Below, piece by piece: positions 39,155-46,957 of a stretch of 64,000 nt of DNA. Source of the stretch: Minisyncoccia bacterium (GTDB lineage: Bacteria > Patescibacteriota > Minisyncoccia > Phycocordibacterales > Phycocordibacteraceae); contig JBEKII010000001.1 of assembly GCA_050011835.1 (NCBI GenBank), positions 86,473 to 150,472 on the forward strand. Direction: 5' to 3'. A program made the position numbers and the translations under genes. Position 1 is the stretch's first letter. The number at the start of each line of letters is the position of its first letter. The notes beneath the pieces are model-generated. The model saw nothing but the letters and a program-made list of their open reading frames with translations, had not been told where the DNA came from and ran no database searches.

Positions 39155-39230
39155 TGGTGGACCCGAGGGGCTTCGAACCCCTTGCCTCCGCAATGCCATC
39201 GCGGCGCTCTACCAAGTGAGCTACGGGCCC
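39155..39230 (-). tRNA. tRNA-Ala(GGC)
   Basis: GGGCCCG...CCGCG-AT-GGC-AT-TGCGG...GGTTCGAAGCC...TCCACCA; G3:U70; CCA encoded. Confidence 0.96.
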
Positions 39231-39264
39231 GTACTTTATTTCTACCGCGTTTTGTTTCCAAAAT

Positions 39265-40101
39265 CTACCCTTCCAATTTCAAATTCTTCCCTTCTGCGTT
39301 CAAACGGAAAAAATTTTCAAACAATTTTGCAACAAGAATTGGCCCGGTGCCGCCGGGAGTTGGCGTATAAAAAATAATGCGCTGGTCGTCAGGCACTAAT
39401 TGTTCGTAATCAAAATCCCCGTGCATATTATCATACCCAAAATCAATCACCGCAGCACCTGTCTTGAGCATTTCCGGCTTTATAATGCTCGCCCTGCCGA
39501 CTCCGGTAATCACAAGGTCGGCATGTCTAAGTAAAGAAAGGTCACTCGTGCTTCGAAAAAGAATTGTTTCTCTTGCCTTGCGCATTATCCAATTCGCAAT
39601 CGGCCGACCGACAAGAAGACCGAGACCGACCACAGCAACGCTATGCAAACTAAGGTCGTATTTTTGCATCTCACACACCGCCTTCACAACACCCACCGCC
39701 GGTGAAAACATATCGGATTGCCCCGTGTAAAACGTGCCGAGCGAGCGAGCGCCCAAAACGTCAACGTCTTTCTCTGGTGGAATAATATTCAAAATAGAAT
39801 GGCGGTTGAGATGGTTCGGCAATGGCAGCTGCACAATTACACCGCCGCAATTTTTATCCGTCGCAATTTCCTTGACTCCATCCTGAAGGACATCATTTTC
39901 TATTTTTTCAGGAAATCGATAGAGACGGAAATCGATACCGATTTTCTTCGCGATATTTTCTTTTTGTTTCAAAAAACTCATCGATGCCACATTGTCGCCC
40001 ACCAAAACCGCCGCACAAAATTTCTTCGGCTTCGGCAGTGCTGCGAGCTGCCTCACAATATCATTCGCTATTCCTTTCCCATCAATGATTTGGTCTTTCA
40101 T
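39265..40101 (-). CDS. folD: Methylene-THF dehydrogenase/cyclohydrolase
   Basis: IIDGK, VIVQLPLP, EKDVD, VGRP and TPTPGGTGP motifs. Confidence 0.93.
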   Translation of the reverse strand: MKDQIIDGKGIANDIVRQLAALPKPKKFCAAVLVGDNVASMSFLKQKENIAKKIGIDFRLYRFPEKIENDVLQDGVKEIATDKNCGGVIVQLPLPNHLNRHSILNIIPPEKDVDVLGARSLGTFYTGQSDMFSPAVGVVKAVCEMQKYDLSLHSVAVVGLGLLVGRPIANWIMRKARETILFRSTSDLSLLRHADLVITGVGRASIIKPEMLKTGAAVIDFGYDNMHGDFDYEQLVPDDQRIIFYTPTPGGTGPILVAKLFENFFRLNAEGKNLKLEG

Positions 40102-40109
40102 TTTTATTG

Positions 40110-40182
40110 TGGACCATAGCGGGCTCGAACCGCTGACCTCGTCAATGCGAATGACGCGCTCTACCAGCTGAGCTAATGGCCC
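40110..40182 (-). tRNA. tRNA-Ala(CGC)
   Basis: GGGCCAT...CGTCA-TT-CGC-AT-TGACG...GGTTCGAGCC; G3:U70; no CCA. Confidence 0.95.
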
Positions 40183-40219
40183 GTGCGAGATATGCTACCA
40201 CGTGTAAAAGTTATTTTCA

Positions 40220-40290
40220 TCGGGCCGCCGGGAATTGAACCCGGTCTACATCCACCCCATGGATGCGTACTACCGACATACTCCGGCCCG
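40220..40290 (-). tRNA. tRNA-Pro(GGG)
   Basis: CGGGCCG...CATCC-AT-GGG-GT-GGATG...GGTTCAATTCC. Confidence 0.92.
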
Positions 40291-40309
40291 TTTAAGGAGC
40301 TGCCTTCTG

Positions 40310-40380
40310 TCGGGCCGCCGGGAATTGAACCCGGTCTACACGCACCCGAAGCGTGCGTACTACCGGCATACTCCGGCCCG
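40310..40380 (-). tRNA. tRNA-Pro(CGG)
   Basis: CGGGCCG...CACGC-TT-CGG-GT-GCGTG...GGTTCAATTCC. Confidence 0.92.
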
Positions 40381-40399
40381 ACACAGGACACCTCCTGAG

Positions 40400-40473
40400 T
40401 GCGCTCTATAGGATTCGAACCTATGACCTCTCGCGTGTGAAGCGAACGCTCTAACCAGCTGAGCTAAGAGCGC
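40400..40473 (-). tRNA. tRNA-Val(CAC)
   Basis: GCGCTCT...TTCGC-TT-CAC-AC-GCGAG...GGTTCGAATCC. Confidence 0.94.
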
Positions 40474-40502
40474 GCACACGACGTACCATAACAGATATCT
40501 GA

Positions 40503-41438
40503 TTAGATTCCCAGATTTGCAAGTGCGCGCGTCACTTCATTAATCGGCAACGAGAAGCCGATATTCTCCGAGCCCTGCACCATCGCGACATTGATGCCAA
40601 TCGCTTCGCCTGTAAGATCTACCAGCGGACCGCCGGAATTCCCTGGATTGATAGCGGCATCGGTCTGTATCACTCCCGTTAAGGTTTCCGCGTTGCCCTG
40701 ATTATCTGACGCAGTGATACTTCGATTAAGACCGGATATGACACCGACAGAAACTGAATTGTTGTACTGCCCAAGTGCGTTCCCAACTGCAAAAACTGAT
40801 TGCGCGAGTTGGAGTGTTGAAGAATCGCCAAGCGGGACGACAGGATAACCGCTTCCGGCAATTTTTACTACAGCGAGGTCTTCTGTAGAGGAGCGCCAGA
40901 TGACAGTGCCTGTTTTCTGTGCTCCGCTAGCGAGCAATACGGTATATGTTGCGTTTTCATCCGGCACGACGTGTTTGTTGGTTATGACATAGCCATTGCT
41001 GCGCACGAGGAAGCCGGTGCCGGCGGAAACCTGCTCGGTCGTTGTGCCTACTTGCTGATAGACAGGTATCTGCATCCCGAAGCCCTGGAAAAACGGGTCG
41101 TTGCCAAAAGGATTTTCATACGTTACTTGAAGCTTTGGCACCTCCTGGCTCTCCACGATAGAAACGACCGCGGGCGTTACCTGCGCGACGGCATCTTGGA
41201 GCGATTGTGTCTCAGATTTCTGCGCCACTTGTTCGCGCCGCGCAAGTTCAGCGATATTCGCCGCAGTGCTTGACGCAGTTACATTTGCACTGTTTGCAAC
41301 TTGAACGATTGAAGATTGGAGAGTTGCAACTGAATGTGAAAGACGCGAGATTTCTTGATTTTCATAGAAGAATCCAGCCACAAGTAGCAGAACCGCCAGC
41401 AATGTCACGAGCCAGAGTTTATCGGTCTTATTTTTCAT
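40503..41438 (-). CDS. Trypsin-like serine protease (HtrA family, no PDZ domain)
   Basis: TNKHVV, DLAVVKI and QTDAAINPGNSGGPL; N-terminal TM. Confidence 0.93.
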   Translation of the reverse strand: MKNKTDKLWLVTLLAVLLLVAGFFYENQEISRLSHSVATLQSSIVQVANSANVTASSTAANIAELARREQVAQKSETQSLQDAVAQVTPAVVSIVESQEVPKLQVTYENPFGNDPFFQGFGMQIPVYQQVGTTTEQVSAGTGFLVRSNGYVITNKHVVPDENATYTVLLASGAQKTGTVIWRSSTEDLAVVKIAGSGYPVVPLGDSSTLQLAQSVFAVGNALGQYNNSVSVGVISGLNRSITASDNQGNAETLTGVIQTDAAINPGNSGGPLVDLTGEAIGINVAMVQGSENIGFSLPINEVTRALANLGI

Positions 41439-41479
41439 ACTCTTAATATTACGCGGCTGAACTATATTTTGCTACGCGA

Positions 41480-41593
41480 GTGGGCCACGGTGGAGGACGT
41501 TCGAACTTTTCTCTTGGAAGAAAGGCACTCCCGCATGTTAACACGGCACGATTAGTCGTGCGACGATCTTTTCGATTTCCTCATAAGTTCATC
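41480..41593. repeat. Cassette left-end motif L, copy 1 (outer boundary)
   Basis: gtgggccacggtggaggacgttcgaacttttctcttggaagaaaggcactcccgcatg..., closely matching 44663-44776. Confidence 0.9.
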
Positions 41594-41679
41594 TAGTGGG
41601 GTCTAGATGAAGCGTTGGATCTTTGACAGGCACAGTGATGGACTCAAAATTTGAAATGAGAGTATAATAATGCCCAAAC

Positions 41680-42156
41680 ATGGCAAGTATAACCTTCAGC
41701 AAAGAGGAATTTGATGCGGTAAAAGCAAAGGCAGAGGCAGACTACAAAAAAGTAGGGGAGGTACAATGTCCTTATCTGAACAGCAAAATTGCTTTCAATG
41801 CAAAAGGCTTGGATCATATAAAAATGAAAAAATGGAACCATGCTAGGAGTAAAGACGATCAATTCATGAGGCTTAAACTACTTCATTTGGCACCTAGTGT
41901 GCTTAAAGAATCTCATACTCTCCAGGGCATTGATCAAGGAAACAAAATGGAACGTATTAAAATTAATTCACGATGGGAATTTAAAATGGTTTTTGTTTCC
42001 TATTATGATTTCATAAGCGTCATATCTGGGTGCAGAATAAGAATTGTGGTTAAAAATATAGAAAATGGCCCCAATTACTTTTGGAGCATTATTCCTTATT
42101 GGAAACAAGGGAATTATCGTAGGGAAATGTTTGAGGGGAATCCAGAAGAGGATTAA
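41680..42156 (+). CDS. Hypothetical protein, possible BECR-fold (Barnase/EndoU/ColicinE5/RelE-like) nuclease
   Basis: IAFNAKGLDHI...RLKLL...IRIVVK....YFWSIIP pattern; terminator at about 42160-42187. Confidence 0.55.
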   Translation: MASITFSKEEFDAVKAKAEADYKKVGEVQCPYLNSKIAFNAKGLDHIKMKKWNHARSKDDQFMRLKLLHLAPSVLKESHTLQGIDQGNKMERIKINSRWEFKMVFVSYYDFISVISGCRIRIVVKNIENGPNYFWSIIPYWKQGNYRREMFEGNPEED

Positions 42157-42403
42157 CAAAAAACCGCCACAACACGTGGCGGTTTTTCGGTGGCACCTGG
42201 CTACGGTTTATGTATTAACCGTGGGAGAACTAGGTCCTCACAAGTGCCTTGCCAGTATAACAAATATGGATGAGGATTTCAAGAAGTTGGGGATAATGAA
42301 AATATGCCTTAAAATAAGGCTCTCCGGTCTAGCTCAAAGTAGCTGCGGGTCTGCGGCTCTATCTTTTGCAAATTTTACGTCCTAGAATCTCATCACGGGT
42401 CAA

Positions 42404-43147
42404 TTAAGAACCCAACATTTCGGCTTCCTTCAAATAGATTTCTGTTGTTGCTGTATCACCACCGTCAATTGTGATCGTCGTCCCGTTTATGTAGCTTGAA
42501 TTATTGGAGAGGAGGAAAAAGACGAGCTGCGCGATATCCTCATAAGTTCCGTTCCTTTTAAGAGGATTCATATCAGCGGCTTCTTTGAGCAAATCTGGCG
42601 GAGCCTGCATGCCGTCTCCTATCCAGCCAGGAGCAATTGCATTCACACGTACCTTCTTTTTACTCAAGATAACCGCAAGACTCTTGGTGAGATTAAGAAG
42701 TGCTGCCTTGCTTGCGGCATAGGCGATGCCATCGATACCACCTACCATCGCGTCAATGCTTGATATGTTGACGATAGATGCCCCCTCAGCTAACTGATTC
42801 TTGAGGCCATGGACGATAATGAGTGGCGTATTGAAGTTGATCTCGATAGTCCTATCCCAATCTTCCATCTTGAGATTATCAAATTCGATGGGTACGAATA
42901 CTCCAGCACTATTCACAATACCGTCGAAGCTGACACTGGAAAGCTCTTTGAGTAGTCGCATCGTATTATGTCGATCTGAAAAGTCGCATTGGAACACCTT
43001 TATGTTCTTGAGTTCTTCAACAAGTTTGTTTGCTTCCGCTTTGTTTGTGTTGTACACGCCGTATACAAAAAAGCCTTTCTGCACGAGAAGTCTGGCTGTG
43101 GCTTCCCCCATGCCACGAGATACGCCTGTAACGAGGATGTTTTTCAT
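42404..43147 (-). CDS. SDR family oxidoreductase
   Basis: TGVSRGMG, NSAG, YAASK and NAIAPG motifs. Confidence 0.93.
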   Translation of the reverse strand: MKNILVTGVSRGMGEATARLLVQKGFFVYGVYNTNKAEANKLVEELKNIKVFQCDFSDRHNTMRLLKELSSVSFDGIVNSAGVFVPIEFDNLKMEDWDRTIEINFNTPLIIVHGLKNQLAEGASIVNISSIDAMVGGIDGIAYAASKAALLNLTKSLAVILSKKKVRVNAIAPGWIGDGMQAPPDLLKEAADMNPLKRNGTYEDIAQLVFFLLSNNSSYINGTTITIDGGDTATTEIYLKEAEMLGS

Positions 43148-43263
43148 GATCAAAGTATAGCAGAGTTCGAATTCTTAGATGGGTACATTTCTTTAAGTCT
43201 CGAACCGATTTTTAAAATGGCTTAGAATATGATGCTCTTCGGAGTCCGAACCTATCTCAAGTT

Positions 43264-43404
43264 AGCTGGGAGTAAAGGAATCGAATCTTTATTTGGCTTA
43301 TATTTATATAATTGATTTAAGAGTTTAAGAAGGGAGAATTTGCCCAAAAGCGCAATTTTACCTACCTATATGGTGGGCCACAGTAGAGGACGTTCGAACT
43401 TTTT
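43264..43404. repeat. Cassette junction 1 (right-end motif R plus left-end motif L)
   Basis: agctggg...gagtttaagaagggagaatttgcccaaaag...tacctac..|tggtgggccacagtagaggacgttcgaactttt. Confidence 0.9.
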
Positions 43405-43435
43405 ATCGAGAAACAGAAAACCTTGCAATTTAGAA

Positions 43436-43942
43436 TTATAATATGATCTTTCGTAAAATATCAGCAGCAATCCTACAATCTTCTAGGGCATTATGAAGTT
43501 CTCTGGGTTTTGCTCCGAATTCCCTAAAGATCTCCTCTGAACGCAGACTGCCACTATACCCCTTTTTTAGCAGGTGGATATAGGCGACAGGCCAGATATC
43601 TAAAATATGATAATCATACTGCTCCCAGGTTATTCCCGCCGCATTTATAATTTTCTTAAAATGCGTTATGTCTAAAGTCGCCGCCCAGGATCCGATAAGA
43701 ATGTCTGTTCCGAACTTTTCAAAAATCAGTCGTCCAACTTCCGCTTGCGAGGGAGCACCCTTCAACGTATCTTGAGATATACCCGAGATAACATTAACTT
43801 CACCCTTGAGATCGGCAAAAATATACGAAGAGAAGTTATCTATTTCATTCAAGGTTTCTTTATCTAAAAGTACCGCTCCGATTTGATTCGGTTCCGGTCT
43901 ACCTTCAAAATCGATAAATAAAATGTTTTTTGCAAATTTCAT
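43436..43942 (-). CDS. DEDDh 3'-5' exonuclease family protein
   Basis: IDFE (ExoI) and HNALED (ExoIII) motifs. Confidence 0.85.
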   Translation of the reverse strand: MKFAKNILFIDFEGRPEPNQIGAVLLDKETLNEIDNFSSYIFADLKGEVNVISGISQDTLKGAPSQAEVGRLIFEKFGTDILIGSWAATLDITHFKKIINAAGITWEQYDYHILDIWPVAYIHLLKKGYSGSLRSEEIFREFGAKPRELHNALEDCRIAADILRKIIL

Positions 43943-43975
43943 ATGCTGGCTGCACAGTATAACACGAGAACTAAA

Positions 43976-44533
43976 TTAGGATTTCTCAAGCACACATAAC
44001 ACTTCATCAAAACCACCTTTAGAGATACCTTCGAAATGAGAGATGTGCCATTTCCCATTCTCAACTTCTCGGCGAAAACCATCTGAACTGAAGAAGCTTT
44101 GCCAATGTATGGGTGACTTTTGTTTCAGTCTGAAATTCACCCAGAAATCCAGTAGCGCAAGCTGTATTTTACCGAAGAAATTGTGGTATAACTCTTCGAC
44201 AAGAATAATGCGTTTTGAAGTAACGCGCCTCATTTCTTCTAAGAGCGCCTTCCGATCAAATGCGTGATGCAGCACATACGTGGCAATTGAAGTCTCGAAG
44301 GCATTGTCGTCGAAAGGCATTCGTCTCCCATCGTAGAGAATAAAATTCTTCACGTTGACGGCTTTTGGATGTTTAATGATTTCAAGCGACACAATTTTTA
44401 TCCCTGCCCTCTCTGCAAAAAATGAGAAGTGGCCCAAACCGCTACCAATATTCAGATTGGTATCGAGGAGATAAGGATGTATTCGTTCAAACCACTGTTT
44501 TTGATATTGCTGAATGAAGCTAGTTGCGTCCAT
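43976..44533 (-). CDS. Class I SAM-dependent methyltransferase
   Basis: LNIGSGLG, MPFDDNAFE, VLHH and EMRRV motifs. Confidence 0.85.
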   Translation of the reverse strand: MDATSFIQQYQKQWFERIHPYLLDTNLNIGSGLGHFSFFAERAGIKIVSLEIIKHPKAVNVKNFILYDGRRMPFDDNAFETSIATYVLHHAFDRKALLEEMRRVTSKRIILVEELYHNFFGKIQLALLDFWVNFRLKQKSPIHWQSFFSSDGFRREVENGKWHISHFEGISKGGFDEVLCVLEKS

Positions 44534-44561
44534 TGGATGCAGTATATCTCCCAAAATATCC

Positions 44562-44776
44562 AGCTGGGGGTAAGGAGATCAAACCTTTATTTTAGCTTAT
44601 ATAATTGATTTAAGAGTTTAAGAAGGGAGAATTTGTCCCAAAGTGCAATTTCTACCTACATGGTGGGCCACAGTGGAGGACGTTCGAACTTTTCTCTTGG
44701 AAGAAAGGCACTCCCGCATGTTAGCACAGCACGATGAGTCGTGCGACGATCTGTTCGATTTCCTCACAGATTCATC
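44562..44776. repeat. Cassette junction 2 (R plus L)
   Basis: agctggggg...aagagtttaagaagggagaatttgtcccaaagtgcaatttctacctaca|tggtgggccacagtggaggacgttcgaactttt... Confidence 0.9.
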
Positions 44777-44894
44777 ATAAGGCTCACGAATGACGATACA
44801 AGAAAGGTAATTGTGCCTCATAAGGCAAAATTTAGTAAAACAAGATATCGGAGGAACTTCTCTATAATTAAAATAGCTTCCAACGTCGCACCCG

Positions 44895-45638
44895 CTATCG
44901 ACTGGCCGTTTCAGTCTTGGTATTCCATCTATAAAAATAATAGAACCAAAAATTCGTCCCGATTCTTTTAACAGAAAATCTATAATGAGAAAATTCTTTA
45001 ATCACTTTCTCTGAAAATGCAGAGGCAAAGGCGTAATCAGCCGACCGCTTCTTGGGATCCCATACGCCCCGCCTAACTCGGCCACGAGCAGTTGTATGGC
45101 AATTCGGGATTGCTATCAAGAGCTGCGATTCTCGTTTCAGTTTCTCATTTAAATCTTTTACAAAACGCTTAATTCCTTTACGCAGAGAGGTCGACGAAAT
45201 CGAAGTAATTGCAACAATTATATCAATGCTATTATTGCGAATCCTTCTTCTCTTTCCGGATACGACATCCTTCCCCTGAAATTTTCGGATGTCCCCTTTT
45301 ATGAATCGGATCTTCGGATAATCCTTATATGTATCAGCGGCATCCTTCAAAGAATCTTCGATGAGATCGCAGACAATAATATTCAAGTTTTTGAAAGGTT
45401 TCTTTCCGATCTTCTTTTGGATAAATTTAAGCTCGTAACCATTATTGACGCCAATATCGAGCAGGTGATCGCCTGGAGAAAATCGCATCCATTTGAGAGC
45501 TTGTTTCAAGCTCCGCTTTATGTCGGGGTTGGAATATAAAATCTTCTGGGCTTTCTGGTAATCGGATTCAGGACCGTATTTCTTCCTGTAATCCTCGGGT
45601 AAGCTTTTTTCCCTAATTATCTGCGATGTCCATTTCAT
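44895..45638 (-). CDS. Class I SAM-dependent methyltransferase-like protein
   Basis: LLDIGVNNG, VCDL, FIKGDI and SIDII motifs; highly basic. Confidence 0.75.
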   Translation of the reverse strand: MKWTSQIIREKSLPEDYRKKYGPESDYQKAQKILYSNPDIKRSLKQALKWMRFSPGDHLLDIGVNNGYELKFIQKKIGKKPFKNLNIIVCDLIEDSLKDAADTYKDYPKIRFIKGDIRKFQGKDVVSGKRRRIRNNSIDIIVAITSISSTSLRKGIKRFVKDLNEKLKRESQLLIAIPNCHTTARGRVRRGVWDPKKRSADYAFASAFSEKVIKEFSHYRFSVKRIGTNFWFYYFYRWNTKTETASR

Positions 45639-45650
45639 AAAAAGATGAAA

Positions 45651-46634
45651 TTAATACATAGTAGTGCGGACGCGATGGAACGGGCGGGCAACGGCAGCTT
45701 TCTGCTTCGCGTCGAGCCAAAGATAATCGTTGATATCGATGGCATTTAATACTTTTTCTTTCTTGAAAAGATATCGCCTCATGTACTCAACAGCCCAAAT
45801 GGTCGTTGCCCGAATCTCGACTTCGTACGGCGAACCTGGCAAAATTTGCTTTTCTGAATCGACCAACGCGGAGAGCTCTTCGCTATAATGAAGAATCATA
45901 ATTTCACGCAATAATTGTGGCAATCGGTAATCGGCGGCGGCAGTAAGGCTGGAAACATTCTTCAAATTTCCAAGCGGCGGCTTCAACATCCTGCTTATGT
46001 CACCAATGAAAATCTGGGCTTTCTTCATGAAATACACTTTCTTTCCTTTGTAAGTCGCCTCATCCCGAAAAGCCGGAAAGGTCACGTATATATCTCCAAG
46101 AAGTTTTGCGGCATCATGATTTGCAGTTTCAATCATGCGAGCCAAAGAACCATCAAAGTTTCTACATATGATTTCGCAATTCTCCCTTAAGATACGGCAA
46201 CGTTCCGAAAAGATTGGAATTTCGACATCTTTGTTTATTATCTTATTGAGTTCTTCATCCGATATTTTGGAAAGATATTGCAAATTCAAAATTGGCAACT
46301 TGTTCTCGTAGGCGGCATATAGCGCCACATCTAGTCCCCATGAAGTCATATATTTCTTTCCTTTGTATTCAAAGAAATAATCCGGTGGACCCCAGTACGA
46401 GAAACTCAACGAGGAAAATACGAAGATGAAATTCAACAGCTCCATCTGGGTAAAAGCTGAGATGTCAGCCGGCCCAGCCAGGAGCCAAGGCTTAAGCTCG
46501 GCAATTTGTAGATTGTCCACGTATCGCTCGAGTTCTTTCTGATCAATAGAAACATGCTGGGCATGCTCAACGACAAATTTCGTTGATTCCAAGACTGAAT
46601 CGGATGCAAATGACTGGTGGGTATCTTGAGGCAT
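45651..46634 (-). CDS. Queuosine 5'-phosphate N-glycosylase/hydrolase (Qng1/DUF2419 Q-salvage family)
   Basis: SFSYW, FPAFRD, FMKKAQI, ADYRLPQ, EVEIRA, DYLW and PFHRVRTTMY motifs. Confidence 0.88.
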   Translation of the reverse strand: MPQDTHQSFASDSVLESTKFVVEHAQHVSIDQKELERYVDNLQIAELKPWLLAGPADISAFTQMELLNFIFVFSSLSFSYWGPPDYFFEYKGKKYMTSWGLDVALYAAYENKLPILNLQYLSKISDEELNKIINKDVEIPIFSERCRILRENCEIICRNFDGSLARMIETANHDAAKLLGDIYVTFPAFRDEATYKGKKVYFMKKAQIFIGDISRMLKPPLGNLKNVSSLTAAADYRLPQLLREIMILHYSEELSALVDSEKQILPGSPYEVEIRATTIWAVEYMRRYLFKKEKVLNAIDINDYLWLDAKQKAAVARPFHRVRTTMY

Positions 46635-46713
46635 AATGTTAAAAGAATTATAGCAAGATAAATAAATTAAAATCCATGAACCAAAAGCCCACCCAAGACA
46701 TCTCTAGCGCGTT

Positions 46714-46808
46714 TGGGAGAAGAGAATCGAACCTTTATTTTGGCTTATATAATTGGTTTTAAAAGTTTAAGAGGGAGAATTTGCCCCAAAGTACAATTTT
46801 TACCTACG
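46714..46808. repeat. Cassette right-end motif R abutting the tRNA-Ala(TGC) CCA
   Basis: gaatcgaacctttattttggcttatataattgg...agtttaagagggagaatttgccccaaagtacaatttttacctacg|tggtggaccc. Confidence 0.9.
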
Positions 46809-46884
46809 TGGTGGACCCAAGCGGACTCGGACCGCTGACCCCCACATTGCAAATGTGGTGCTCTACCAGCTGAGCTATGGGCCC
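46809..46884 (-). tRNA. tRNA-Ala(TGC)
   Basis: GGGCCCA...CCACA-TT-TGC-AA-TGTGG...TCCACCA; G3:U70; CCA encoded; T-loop reads TCCGAGT. Confidence 0.93.
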
Positions 46885-46957
46885 TAAAACAAATCCTCCG
46901 GATTTGTTCGGGCGGACATTCCGTTGCGAAATGTTTTAGCCCTTCCTCTTTATCTTA

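Larger units (their letters stand above)
41480..46808. mobile_element. Three-unit tandem gene-cassette array at the tRNA-Ala(TGC) 3' end
   Basis: Conserved left-end motif at 41480, 43371 and 44661; conserved right-end motif ending at 43370, 44660 and 46808; AT-rich cargo; no integrase. Confidence 0.75.

Noticed and set aside
41480-46808. CRISPR array or classical integron attC array
   Set aside because: The repeats are about 100-200 bp and separated by 1-2 kb of genes; there are no cas genes or intI, and no clear attC R''/R' inverted structure was seen.
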